Part shown: piece by piece, positions 47,027 to 56,678 of the stretch
How positions within the stretch are numbered: position 1 is the stretch's first letter
Layout: each line of letters begins with the position of its first letter
NCBI GenBank assembly: GCA_043801965.1
Contig: JAZDLN010000033.1
Coordinates: forward strand, 5,113-69,112
Direction of reading: 5' to 3'
Source: Candidatus Falkowbacteria bacterium
GTDB taxonomy: Bacteria; Patescibacteriota; Patescibacteriia; Patescibacteriales; UBA12075
Length of the DNA stretch: 64,000 nt
Made by a program: the position numbers and the translations under genes
Notes under the pieces: generated by a model
Seen by the model: the letters and a program-made list of their open reading frames with translations, nothing else
Databases searched by the model: none
Told to the model about the DNA's origin: nothing

Positions 47027-48496
47027 TTATATTTTTATCTTTCGTTTTAAATAAGTGAGGGCGCGCTTGGGTTCGCGGGCGGCTAGTCTTACCTGGTCCC
47101 TTAAAACCACGATTTTTTTTCTGAATTTTATAATAGTAAATCTTCGGTTCTGCTTCTCCTGTTCCGCGAACACCCGTACGATCAGGCGGTCCCAGGTTTC
47201 TTTAGTGATGCCGCCGAAGATGTTGCCCTGGTTGTAATGATGAAAATAATTAGACCAGTCGGTGTTGCGGTTTACGAGTCCCTTGGATTCGGCCAGGTTC
47301 CAGATATCAGTACCGGGGTAGGGGGTCAGGATACTCCAGATAGTATGGTCCGGGTTTATTTCCTGCATTGCTTTAAGGCTTAAAAGGATATCTTCTTCGG
47401 TTTCCTCCGGGAAACCAGCCATAAAATATAGAGTCGTTTCAACCCCGGCCCGGCGGGCCGCGTTGACCGCGTTTTTAACTTTATCGGTGCTGAGGTTTTT
47501 TTTGATCATCTTCTGGATTTTGGGGCTGCCGCTTTCGAGGCCGAGATAAATATGCCGGCAACCCGCCTTTTTCATTTTTTTGAGCAGGGGATAATCGAGG
47601 GTATCGCCGCGGGTATCGCAGTGCCAGCTGATTTTAAAATCAAGGGCCGATACTAAACCGCAGAATTCTTCCACGTATTTTTTATTGAGAGTGAAAGTGT
47701 CATCGTGGAAGGAAAAATTTGAAATTCCCAATTTATCGTGTCGGTCCTTTATTTCCGCGACAACGTTGGCGGCCGAACGGAAGCGCACCGCACGGGTCCA
47801 GAGAAGTTTCGAAGCGCAATAATTGCACTCGAAGGGGCAGCCGCGCGAACTAATTATGCCCTTGCAGGAACTAAGTTGTTTCTCGAGGTTATGCACAAGA
47901 TGAAAGGCGGGAAAGGGGAGGGCGTCGAGGTTTTTTATGAACGGCCGGGCCGGGTTGTCTGTTATTTTATCGTCCTTTTTGTAGCTTATGCCGGCAATGC
48001 TGTCGAGCAGCTTGTTCTGTTTTAATGCGCCGGCCAGTTCAACGATCGTTTCTTCAGCCTCGCCCCGGACAACGATATCAAATCCGCCCTTGGCGATCGG
48101 TTCTTCCGGTAGCAGGGTCGGATGCACTCCGCCGGCGATTAGGGTAACGCCCGGCAGAGCTTTTTTGAGTTTCTTCGCCAGTATGTATCCGGCGGTCGAA
48201 TTGGCGGTCATTAAAGAAATACCGATTAACTCAGGTTTGAATTCAAGGCCCGTTTTTACGATATCGTCAAATACGTAATGTTCCGGATTAAGGTTCCTGT
48301 GGTAAGATTCTTCATCGACGGTTATTTTTTCCTCACCGCCGGTTATTTTCTTGAAAAAAGTTTCCCCGTTTAATATTAAAATTTGGTCGCCGGTTTTTTC
48401 GAGAACGGCGCCGATATAAGCCAGACCAAGATAAACCCGGCTGCTCGATATATTCTGAAAACCGTACCAGGGGGGTTGTATTAAGAGTATTTTCAT
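47027..48496 (-). CDS. B12-binding-domain radical SAM enzyme (class B)
   Basis: 489 aa with the motif SSRGCPFECNYCAS. Confidence 0.85.
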   Translation of the reverse strand: MKILLIQPPWYGFQNISSSRVYLGLAYIGAVLEKTGDQILILNGETFFKKITGGEEKITVDEESYHRNLNPEHYVFDDIVKTGLEFKPELIGISLMTANSTAGYILAKKLKKALPGVTLIAGGVHPTLLPEEPIAKGGFDIVVRGEAEETIVELAGALKQNKLLDSIAGISYKKDDKITDNPARPFIKNLDALPFPAFHLVHNLEKQLSSCKGIISSRGCPFECNYCASKLLWTRAVRFRSAANVVAEIKDRHDKLGISNFSFHDDTFTLNKKYVEEFCGLVSALDFKISWHCDTRGDTLDYPLLKKMKKAGCRHIYLGLESGSPKIQKMIKKNLSTDKVKNAVNAARRAGVETTLYFMAGFPEETEEDILLSLKAMQEINPDHTIWSILTPYPGTDIWNLAESKGLVNRNTDWSNYFHHYNQGNIFGGITKETWDRLIVRVFAEQEKQNRRFTIIKFRKKIVVLRDQVRLAAREPKRALTYLKRKIKI

Positions 48497-48498
48497 TT

Positions 48499-49365
48499 TT
48501 ATAGCTTAACCCAATTATCCAAAACTAATTCCGTATTGTTATACTGGCCTATCGCAAACCATTTTTTTGGCGCAATAATAATTTTTTGCGGATTCGAGTT
48601 GAGCCATGCTCCCCACCAGCTAAACGAACTGTTCGCAATAATATTATGTTTGCAACGGCTCATCAGGATAAGATCGACATAATTTTTAGAGGCATCATGA
48701 TCGATATATTCGCAGTTTTTTACTTTTAAATTATCCTTGACCCATTGAATATCATCGGAAAATATAAAAAAACGAGGATTATGAATAATTTTTGTTATAT
48801 GGTTTATCGCCTGATGATAATAGTCAAGCGAACAAGTGCCGTATTTTTGGTTGGTTTTTTGGTTCTGCACGTAATCTCCCCGCCTGATATGCAAAGAAAC
48901 GGAATTATGTTCCGCGATTTCTTTTTCGATACGCGCGTCGTCGGGACCCAGGGGCTCTTTTAACGTAAATTCCCACAATAGAATATCGCGAATATCCTTA
49001 AAATAATTTTCGTTTTGCCAGTATCCGTCCAGGTACGCTTTATTGCCAAGAGCAAGCACGTCCGGTATAAATCGGGAGTGCGGTTTTTCGAATACAAACC
49101 TTTTGTATTTTGACGGGATAAACCTGTTTAATCGGCGCATTATCGATTGATAGGTATTGTTTTTTATAAAAAGACCCAGATCGCGTTCCGTGGCAATTGC
49201 TTCTTTTATATTAAAATAATGCAAACTGTAATTATGCAGTTTGTATGTCTCGTAAGCGGAAATATCGAGAAGTAATTTTGTGTTGCGGATTTGGGCTAAA
49301 CGGCGGCCGGCCGCGTATTGGAATAGCTGGTTCCCCAGGCCGCCTAAAATTTTCACTATAATCAT
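48499..49365 (-). CDS. GT11 alpha-1,2-fucosyltransferase-like
   Basis: GGLGNQLFQYAAGR, HIRRGDY and SFSWWGAWL are the GT11 (FutC/WbsJ-type) motifs. Confidence 0.8.
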   Translation of the reverse strand: MIIVKILGGLGNQLFQYAAGRRLAQIRNTKLLLDISAYETYKLHNYSLHYFNIKEAIATERDLGLFIKNNTYQSIMRRLNRFIPSKYKRFVFEKPHSRFIPDVLALGNKAYLDGYWQNENYFKDIRDILLWEFTLKEPLGPDDARIEKEIAEHNSVSLHIRRGDYVQNQKTNQKYGTCSLDYYHQAINHITKIIHNPRFFIFSDDIQWVKDNLKVKNCEYIDHDASKNYVDLILMSRCKHNIIANSSFSWWGAWLNSNPQKIIIAPKKWFAIGQYNNTELVLDNWVKL

Positions 49366-51134
49366 TTTTTTTGAATTAAATAAGGCCCCATTACCAAATA
49401 TTTTAATCCCGAATCTTCAAAAGTATGCATCGCGTCTTTGGGCCCCTCAACGTTGGGTTCCCCGTGCAAATTAAAAGAAGTGTTAAGAATACCACCGATG
49501 CCTGTCAGTTTCCTGAATTCTTCTATTATTTCATGATAGGCCGGACTTAATTCCTTATTGACGAGCTGCGGCCGGCTGGTTTTATCGTAAGGATGAAGAG
49601 CGGCGATAAGTTCTTTGCTCGCTTTTTCCGCGGTATCATAAGTGATGACCATGTAACGGCCGTTGGTTCGTTTGGGGTTATAAATATATTCATCGGCGTA
49701 TTCTTCGGCGATCGAGGTCGCGAAAGGCATCCAGAAATCCCGATTTTTTATCATCTCGTTAATGATCCGAATGTTTTCATAACTGGCTGGATTGGAGAGG
49801 ATAGACCGGTTGCCAAGCGCTCTGGCTCCAAATTCCATTTTACCGTCGAATCTGGCAACCACTTCGTTTTTGGCCAGTAATTCAGCGATCAGTTTATTAA
49901 GTTTTTCTGGCTTGGAAATGGTATGTTTTATAAAATAACCGTTTTGATCAAGGAAGTTTTTTATTTCCCGTTCGCCGTATTCCGTGCCCAGATAATAGGT
50001 TTTGACCGGTTCAATTTTGCAGTTGTAATTGTTATTACGGCAGAATTTTTGATAGCCGTAAAGACATCCGCCCAAAACAAGTGATTCGTCTCCGGCGCTT
50101 GGTGTTACCGAAAATTGTTCGACCTCCGGCATTTCGGCGATTTTTTGATTCATTTTGACGTTCATGAATACCCCGCCGGCGACAGCGATTTTTTTTATGC
50201 CGGTTTTAACAACCCAGCGCTTGACCCATTCATAGGTTATGTCTTCGGTAAATTTTTGGATAGCGCCCGCGATATTATCAAATCTTTCATAAGTCAGGTT
50301 GTCCCTTAAATAATATTTTATTAGTTGCATCGGAATTTTTTTGCACTCGAATTCGTCTTTGTTGTTCAGGTCAAGTATATTTTTAAAAATCGGCAGAAGG
50401 GTTTCGGCGTATTTTTCCTTGGCGTATGGTGCCATCCCCATTACCTTAAATTCATGTTCGTCCGGTTTCATGCCCATAAAAGCCGTCACCTCCCGATACA
50501 AATAGCCGAGTGAATGAATACGGTTAATTTTAGAAATGGTTTTAATTTCGTTTTTTTCGAATATGTTCACGGTGGCGCATAAGCCGTCTCCCTCGCCGTC
50601 AAGCGTAAAAACCAGGGTTTTTTCTTTTGGATCTTCCAAGAAGAGAGGAGTGGAGTATGCGTGGCACAGATGATGGTCCAAGTGAACTATATTATTTTTT
50701 TCCACCTCAAGAAATTTGCTGAAATATTCTTCCATCTCAAATTTGTCATTGTTGTCAATATTTTCCGTGCTTGAAATTAATTGCTCTTTAGCGCGTTTAT
50801 AAAAATAGCCTGGAAATAATTTAAATTTAAGAATATTTTTCAGGGAAATGTCCTTTTCAGTTTTGGAGTAAGCGGTATTGTATGCAGATGATTTGAATCC
50901 GCGTTTTTTAAGATATTGATAACCAAGTGGTAATTCCTGGGTCATTACATAATAATCTATTTCTGAAGTAAATTTGTCTTTTATGTATCGTAAAGACAAC
51001 TCGGGAAATCCGGTTGAATTTTTTATCCGGTTGAACCTTTCTTCACTGACGGCGAAGGTTATTTTTCCGTCTTGCATTAAAGCCACTGAAGCGTTGTGAC
51101 CGTAATGAATTGAAATTATGTTGGAGTTTTTCAT
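49362..51134 (-). CDS. NodU/CmcH family carbamoyltransferase
   Basis: 590 aa. HYGHNASVALMQDGKITFAVSEERFNRIKN at the N-terminus, with a C-terminal YrdC/Kae1-like region. Confidence 0.85.
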   Translation of the reverse strand: MKNSNIISIHYGHNASVALMQDGKITFAVSEERFNRIKNSTGFPELSLRYIKDKFTSEIDYYVMTQELPLGYQYLKKRGFKSSAYNTAYSKTEKDISLKNILKFKLFPGYFYKRAKEQLISSTENIDNNDKFEMEEYFSKFLEVEKNNIVHLDHHLCHAYSTPLFLEDPKEKTLVFTLDGEGDGLCATVNIFEKNEIKTISKINRIHSLGYLYREVTAFMGMKPDEHEFKVMGMAPYAKEKYAETLLPIFKNILDLNNKDEFECKKIPMQLIKYYLRDNLTYERFDNIAGAIQKFTEDITYEWVKRWVVKTGIKKIAVAGGVFMNVKMNQKIAEMPEVEQFSVTPSAGDESLVLGGCLYGYQKFCRNNNYNCKIEPVKTYYLGTEYGEREIKNFLDQNGYFIKHTISKPEKLNKLIAELLAKNEVVARFDGKMEFGARALGNRSILSNPASYENIRIINEMIKNRDFWMPFATSIAEEYADEYIYNPKRTNGRYMVITYDTAEKASKELIAALHPYDKTSRPQLVNKELSPAYHEIIEEFRKLTGIGGILNTSFNLHGEPNVEGPKDAMHTFEDSGLKYLVMGPYLIQKK

Positions 51135-51147
51135 TTTTTTAAGTTAT

Positions 51148-52638
51148 TTAACGTTTTATAAAGTTTTTTAAGAATAAATATATATTATTAGGCAAGATTC
51201 GTTTTAGAAATTTGATTAATAATATTTTTAGAACGGACGGACTTTTCAGTAAATATCTAATAATAAACGGAATCATCGGTAACTGAGCGATAAATCCCCG
51301 GATGGTAAAAATTTTATTAAGCGAAATATAGTTTAAAAGCGTTTCCTTATAGCTAAAAAGCAGTTTTTGCGTATTTTCCAGAGTGAATAAAGGGGTCGGT
51401 TGATCAATTAACCAGAAGTCATCATTGATTGTGCCGCCCGCCTTAGCTATTTCGTAAATCTCGGTTCCGGGATACACGGTCAGAATAGCTATGTCTTCGG
51501 GGTAATAAACATATTTTATTTTTTGCAGCTTTTGCACAAAGCGGCCTGTTTCTCTGATGGTTTTCAAGGTTTCTCCCGGTAAGCCGACGATTAAAAAAGC
51601 CAGAACGCCGATTTTAGAATTAGCGAACAGCTTAAAGGCGTTTATGGCATCTTCTTGTGTAATGCCTTTGTGGCATTTTTTCAGTATTTCGTTATTTCCG
51701 CTTTCTAGACCCAGTAATACTTTTGTAAAATTCGCCTTCTCGAGTTTTTTGACCAGTTCCGCGCTAAGCGGCTTCATGCGCCCGCTGCAGGTAAAATTAA
51801 ATTTTATTTTTCTTTTGATAATCTCGTCGCAAAAATCGATTACTCGTTGATTTTCGACAAAAAATGTGTCGTCATGTATCCAGATTGATTTTATATTGGG
51901 AAATTTTTGCCCGATATATTCTATTTCCGCGATAATATTCGCTATTGATCTTTTTCTGACCTGCCTTTGTGAGATTTTATCAAGACAGCAGAAGCTGCAA
52001 TTAAAAGGGCACCCGCGAGTTGTGATTAATGAAGCTGTAACGTTTTTTTGTGTTATAAAGGCTTCGTGCCTAGGGAACGGAAGCTCATCCAGGTTTTCTA
52101 TTAGTTTTCTGTCAGAAGTTTTTATTATTTTATGTTCATCCGCAAAGGCGATTCCCGCTACAGTGTTTAATATTGGTTTTTCTTTATTTAATTCATCAAT
52201 TAATTCTGACGCGGTAATTTCGCCCTCGCCCAAAACCGCGATAATGTACGGATATTTTTTTAGAATTTTTTCGAACAGCACGGTCGTATGTATGCCGCCG
52301 ATCAGAATTTTTATTTCGGGATAATTTTGGTGGATATATTCGATAATTTTAAAGCTGCTTAGCCGGTTCGGGGTTAGAATCTGCAGTCCCACAAAGTCAG
52401 GTTTATGCGATTTTATCGCCCCAAGAGTTTTTTCGAAACAAAACGAGTAATTGTGATTATTGAGAAACAGACTTTTTACCTCATGGCTGGATTTTTCCAG
52501 ATAAGAATGTAAATAAGCAAGTCCAAGCGGGTAATGCGATCCTTCGTCAGAGGTTTTCGCGCCCTCTTTTTTGTTAAAGCCGGCGGTTACCAAAGAAACA
52601 TCCTCAAAGCTAGTACTAATTAGTAATATTTTACTCAT
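51148..52638 (-). CDS. B12-binding-domain radical SAM enzyme (class B)
   Basis: 496 aa with the motif TTRGCPFNCSFCC. Confidence 0.85.
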   Translation of the reverse strand: MSKILLISTSFEDVSLVTAGFNKKEGAKTSDEGSHYPLGLAYLHSYLEKSSHEVKSLFLNNHNYSFCFEKTLGAIKSHKPDFVGLQILTPNRLSSFKIIEYIHQNYPEIKILIGGIHTTVLFEKILKKYPYIIAVLGEGEITASELIDELNKEKPILNTVAGIAFADEHKIIKTSDRKLIENLDELPFPRHEAFITQKNVTASLITTRGCPFNCSFCCLDKISQRQVRKRSIANIIAEIEYIGQKFPNIKSIWIHDDTFFVENQRVIDFCDEIIKRKIKFNFTCSGRMKPLSAELVKKLEKANFTKVLLGLESGNNEILKKCHKGITQEDAINAFKLFANSKIGVLAFLIVGLPGETLKTIRETGRFVQKLQKIKYVYYPEDIAILTVYPGTEIYEIAKAGGTINDDFWLIDQPTPLFTLENTQKLLFSYKETLLNYISLNKIFTIRGFIAQLPMIPFIIRYLLKSPSVLKILLIKFLKRILPNNIYLFLKNFIKR

Positions 52639-53801
52639 AACTTTTTTGTTTCAATAAGATTTTTTATTTGGAGAGCGCGATGCTTATAAAGGTGGCGTCC
52701 CATTACGGCTAAGTAGGCCTTATTTTTCCAGCGCTCTACATCAATGTTTCCTTTCAGGAAATTATTTACTATAACGGCAAAATGCTCGGCATTTTTCGCC
52801 TGCAACATTTCATCTTCGCGAAAGATTTCTCTAAGGCCCGGGTTTTGGTCGGCGATACAAAAAGCGCGGCAAGCCGGAGCTTTAAAATATCTTTCCGTAA
52901 CTTCAGCCATCATCCAGCCGGCCGGAGAAGTAACCAGCGGTATTAAACCGGCACTGGAATAAAGCTGACGCTCTTCATCTGTGTTGATTTTTCCTTCGTA
53001 GTGCTTGTAGGGCCATTGGCCGTAACCGAATGTATGCAGTATGTTTTCGAAGGGGCGCAAGTAAAGATCGAAAGCCTGTGCTTTCTCCGGCCAGTAGCCG
53101 CCTACATAAGCCATTTTTATATGACTGAATTTTTCAGGATTGGGTTCCGGATAATAATAATATGGATCTGCGGCTAATTTTATAAACTCGAATTTAAGAC
53201 CATCTTCCTGCCAGCCTTTATACCATTCCCAAGCCGCCTGGCCAGCAAAACTGCACACTAAATTCGGTTCCGTTTTAAATAATTTACTACAAGTTTTTTC
53301 GTAGCCACCGTAAAAAAGGGGATCGCCAAAATTATTAAGAGGATTTTGTCTTGAGAATTCTTCGTGTTTTCGGGGATGGATATTAACAATGGCGAAAGAA
53401 TCACAATTTTTTAATATTTTTATTTCTTTATTTCCCCAGTAAGTATAATTATAGATATTTGTGCATACTATAGGATCTTTATATTGTTTTATCTCGCTAA
53501 CAAGATTTCTTTCCCAGATCAGCTTGGCCGGACCGCAGGCCTCGGTCCATCCCCGGGCATAACCCAGGGTTAGTAGGGTGGAAGCTCTTAATATTTCCTG
53601 ATTAAAGTTGTCGCGAATGACTATTAAAAGCACTCTGCCTTTTTCTAGACCTGGTTTAGCGGGAAACCATTCTTGGGTTATATTTGGCCTGGTTTTTTTG
53701 ATTTTATATTTTATACTGTCAGGAACGGTTTTTTTTATTGATGAAATTAACGATTTAAGCATATTTAGTATAATTCGGCATCTCCGGGAAATATTTCCCA
53801 T
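52635..53801 (-). CDS. CgeB/DUF3880-like GT-B-type protein (putative glycosyltransferase)
   Basis: The C-terminal half (MAYVGGYWPEK...ERYFKAPACRAFCIADQNPGLREIF) resembles the CgeB/Glyco_trans_1_2 family (from memory). The start is probably the internal ATG at 53762, which would remove the overlap. Confidence 0.4.
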   Translation of the reverse strand: MGNISRRCRIILNMLKSLISSIKKTVPDSIKYKIKKTRPNITQEWFPAKPGLEKGRVLLIVIRDNFNQEILRASTLLTLGYARGWTEACGPAKLIWERNLVSEIKQYKDPIVCTNIYNYTYWGNKEIKILKNCDSFAIVNIHPRKHEEFSRQNPLNNFGDPLFYGGYEKTCSKLFKTEPNLVCSFAGQAAWEWYKGWQEDGLKFEFIKLAADPYYYYPEPNPEKFSHIKMAYVGGYWPEKAQAFDLYLRPFENILHTFGYGQWPYKHYEGKINTDEERQLYSSAGLIPLVTSPAGWMMAEVTERYFKAPACRAFCIADQNPGLREIFREDEMLQAKNAEHFAVIVNNFLKGNIDVERWKNKAYLAVMGRHLYKHRALQIKNLIETKKL

Positions 53802-54631
53802 TCCTTGATATTATAAAGATAATCGAATTTATTGTCCAATATTTTAAGAGAGAAATAGCGCGGCTGTTCATGGGTCGTAAAACCCGCTTGGATTAAATAT
53901 TTAAATAAATTGGTATGGGGCAGGGCCCAGGTATAAATAACGCTCAGGCCGCAGGAAAACAGCGTTTCAATACCCTTAATGGGCAATTCGCCCCCGACAT
54001 CATAGAAATCGACGATATCACCTACCGAATTACCAGAAATAGGATCCCGGAAGATTTTGATAACGGCGGTTTTTCCGTCGTCTTCCTTCGGAAATTCATA
54101 TTCATAATCCGGGTGTTTTCTGTAGCGCCAATTCAGATAATCTTCACTTTTAACAAATGAGATAAATTTTTTTTTCGTGTCATTCGAATCTTTCAGGGGT
54201 TTGTAATTTTTTTTCTCCAGGACAAGGTTGTCAATTTTGGCGATCGGCTTTAGGTTTAGTTTTGAATTACATGCGCGCATACCCTTTTCATTGGGTAAGA
54301 CCATTAAAATTTGCAGGTCATTAAAGGAAGAAAAAGCGGTTTCTGCCATTTTTTCGAATACCCCCTGGCCGCGGAAATTAGGAGTAACCAGTAAGTCGAT
54401 CAGCTGTCCTGCGATTATGTTGTTACTGAGAGTTTTTTTCTGCAAACCGAACATCCCGATAATTTTATTCTGTGTTTCAGCCACAACTAACGCCGTGGGT
54501 AGATATGAATGGAAAAATTGCCATTGAAAATAATTTTCGTCTTTTTTGCGGGCATACTGGGAATTCATCAGGGGTATCAACCGGTCTATGTCCGATTCGG
54601 CGGCCTGTCTGTATATAATATTATCAGTCAT
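53765..54631 (-). CDS. GNAT family N-acetyltransferase
   Basis: LLVTPNFRGQGVFEKMAE is the acetyl-CoA binding R/Q-x-x-G-x-G/A motif. 288 aa. Confidence 0.7.
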   Translation of the reverse strand: MTDNIIYRQAAESDIDRLIPLMNSQYARKKDENYFQWQFFHSYLPTALVVAETQNKIIGMFGLQKKTLSNNIIAGQLIDLLVTPNFRGQGVFEKMAETAFSSFNDLQILMVLPNEKGMRACNSKLNLKPIAKIDNLVLEKKNYKPLKDSNDTKKKFISFVKSEDYLNWRYRKHPDYEYEFPKEDDGKTAVIKIFRDPISGNSVGDIVDFYDVGGELPIKGIETLFSCGLSVIYTWALPHTNLFKYLIQAGFTTHEQPRYFSLKILDNKFDYLYNIKEWEIFPGDAELY

Positions 54632-54634
54632 ACG

Positions 54635-55585
54635 CTAGTAGGGATAAATCGATTCATAATATTTTATAGTCTGGATAATGCCATTGTTTAAGGATGTAAA
54701 TTTAAAATCCGGGAAAACTTTTTTGAATTTAGTATCGTCCATAACTTTTTTCAGAGCACCGTCTGGTTTATTGCTGTCGTATATTATTTGTCCGCCGTAA
54801 TTGAAATGTTTAGTAATTATGCCGATTAACTCTTTTATGCTCAGTCCGAAATTTTGGGCGATATTGACCGGTTCGGATAACCCGACCATATTGGGGTTAT
54901 TGAGGATTTCCGCCAGGATGCGACCAAAGTCCTTGGCGTAAAGCCATTCCCTGATCGCCGCTCCGGTGCCCCAGATATCGATTGAACATTGTCCGGTTTT
55001 TTCCGCCTTGACGAACTTCGAGACCAGAGCGTTCAGTGCGTGCGCTTTGTCGGGATCGGTCGAATCGAAGGGGCCATACATATTGGGTACGATTAGATTA
55101 ATCGATCGCAAGCCGTATTGCATATTATAGCAGTCCGCTACGGCCAACATTGCTCTTCGGGCGCTGCCATAGGAAAGTACCGTGCGGTGAGTCTGGCCGC
55201 TCCAGAGCTCATCCTCCTTATAAGTTTCCGCGTGTGCAGGGTAAGCGCAGTTGGCAATAGGATTTATGATCGTGGTATCCGGACAGTTTTTAGCAGCCGC
55301 CTCATAAATAGACAAGACAATCTTAAGGTTGTCGGTAATAACGTCAGCCGCTTGTTGAGTCACGTAATTAAGGCTGCCGACATGGGCGGCGCAATTTATT
55401 ATATAGTCCGGTTTTTCTTTTTGGAATAATTTTTCGCATTGCTCCAGCGATCTTAGGTCGTATCCGTTAGAGCGGGCAGCGATACTGAATTGGATTTTAT
55501 TTTCCCGGAAGGCTTCGGAAACATTCCGGCCGACAAAACCGGTCGCTCCAAGAAGTAATATTTTTTTCATATTTTTACCAGCCAT
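54635..55585 (-). CDS. extended-SDR NAD(P)-dependent epimerase/reductase, GDP-L-fucose synthase (Fcl)-like
   Basis: GATGFVGRN, NMYGPFDSTDPDKAHALNAL, WGTGAAIREWLY and DSNKPDGALKKVMD parallel E. coli Fcl. The catalytic Y-x-x-x-K reads YGSAR (Lys to Arg). The start may be the internal ATG at 55570. Confidence 0.65.
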   Translation of the reverse strand: MAGKNMKKILLLGATGFVGRNVSEAFRENKIQFSIAARSNGYDLRSLEQCEKLFQKEKPDYIINCAAHVGSLNYVTQQAADVITDNLKIVLSIYEAAAKNCPDTTIINPIANCAYPAHAETYKEDELWSGQTHRTVLSYGSARRAMLAVADCYNMQYGLRSINLIVPNMYGPFDSTDPDKAHALNALVSKFVKAEKTGQCSIDIWGTGAAIREWLYAKDFGRILAEILNNPNMVGLSEPVNIAQNFGLSIKELIGIITKHFNYGGQIIYDSNKPDGALKKVMDDTKFKKVFPDFKFTSLNNGIIQTIKYYESIYPY

Positions 55586-56678
55586 TTTTTATGGCGTTAA
55601 TTATATAATCAATATTTTCATCCGACAGGGTTTCGTGAATGGGAATATGGATCTGGGTTTTATCGAACCTCCTTTGTTCAATTAAACTTTGATCCCAGCC
55701 GCCAAATATAGAATTATGATCAATACCGAGATGGACGACCGAGGCGGGTACGCCCTTTTTTTGTAGCGCTGAAATGAAATCAACGCGATTTTCCACGTGC
55801 ATGCCGAAGAGCCAGTGAGCACTGGCGCGGTCGTTTTCTGAGTTAAATAATTTTAGTCCGGATACGGTTTTCAGTTTATCGCGGTATATTTCCGCTATCC
55901 GCCTTCTTTTTTCTAGGCGCTCCTCAAAATTTTCCAGATTAGCCAAGCCCAAGGCGGCCGCGTAATCGTTAAGATGGTATTTGTAGCCAAGTTCTTTTAT
56001 ATCATATTCCCGTTCGCCGAGAAGGGAGGGGATAGCGTTAACACGGTCAATGCCGAACCATCTTTTTGTTTTTGCCCCCTTGGCCTTTGTTTTGTTTAAA
56101 CAGCAAATAGCCCCGCCATCGCCGGTGGTCAGATGCTTGATCGCCTGGAAAGAGAAGCAAGTAAAATCAGAAATCGTGCCGATGGGACGATTTTTATAAA
56201 CAGCGCCCAGGGCGTGGGCCGCGTCTTCAATGACTGATAGTTTATATTTTTTGGCGATTTTTAGAATTTCATCCATATCGCAAGGGTAGCCGCCCCAATG
56301 CACCGCCATAATCGCCCTTGTTTTTTCCGTTATTTTTTTTTCTATATCTGCCGGATTGATATTGCCGGTTTCATACTGTATGTCGGCAAAAATCGGAACC
56401 GCCCCCTCCATTAAGACGGCTAAACCGGAAGCGACGAAAGTCTGTGCCGGTAGTATAACCTCGTCCCCTGGCTTTATGCCAGATAGGATCACGGCCAGGT
56501 GCAAGGCGCTCGTACCACTGTTGACCACTACCGGGTTAGACAGTTTCAGTTTTTCGTTAAGTTTGTCTTCAAACTCTTTGACAATTTTACCCTCGCTTAA
56601 AAACGTGGAAGCAAGGACTGCGCCAATATTATCGGCGGCATCAGGGTGGATATAGGTATTGAAAAATGGTATGGTCAT
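55575..56678 (-). CDS. DegT/DnrJ/EryC1/StrS family PLP-dependent sugar aminotransferase
   Basis: 367 aa. The PLP Lys context is FSFQAIKHLTTGDGG, and DAAHALGA is present. Confidence 0.9.
   Translation of the reverse strand: MTIPFFNTYIHPDAADNIGAVLASTFLSEGKIVKEFEDKLNEKLKLSNPVVVNSGTSALHLAVILSGIKPGDEVILPAQTFVASGLAVLMEGAVPIFADIQYETGNINPADIEKKITEKTRAIMAVHWGGYPCDMDEILKIAKKYKLSVIEDAAHALGAVYKNRPIGTISDFTCFSFQAIKHLTTGDGGAICCLNKTKAKGAKTKRWFGIDRVNAIPSLLGEREYDIKELGYKYHLNDYAAALGLANLENFEERLEKRRRIAEIYRDKLKTVSGLKLFNSENDRASAHWLFGMHVENRVDFISALQKKGVPASVVHLGIDHNSIFGGWDQSLIEQRRFDKTQIHIPIHETLSDENIDYIINAIKNGW

Noticed and set aside
54167-54175. A/T homopolymers of 8-9 nt inside coding regions as phase-variation switches. 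Examples are 54167-54175 in the GNAT gene, 62384-62392 in FkbM, and several T8 runs in membrane-protein genes.
   Set aside because: They encode Lys-Lys-Lys or Phe-Phe runs and are frequent throughout the AT-rich island, consistent with composition bias. Nothing singles out any one of them. This could only be tested with read-level data.
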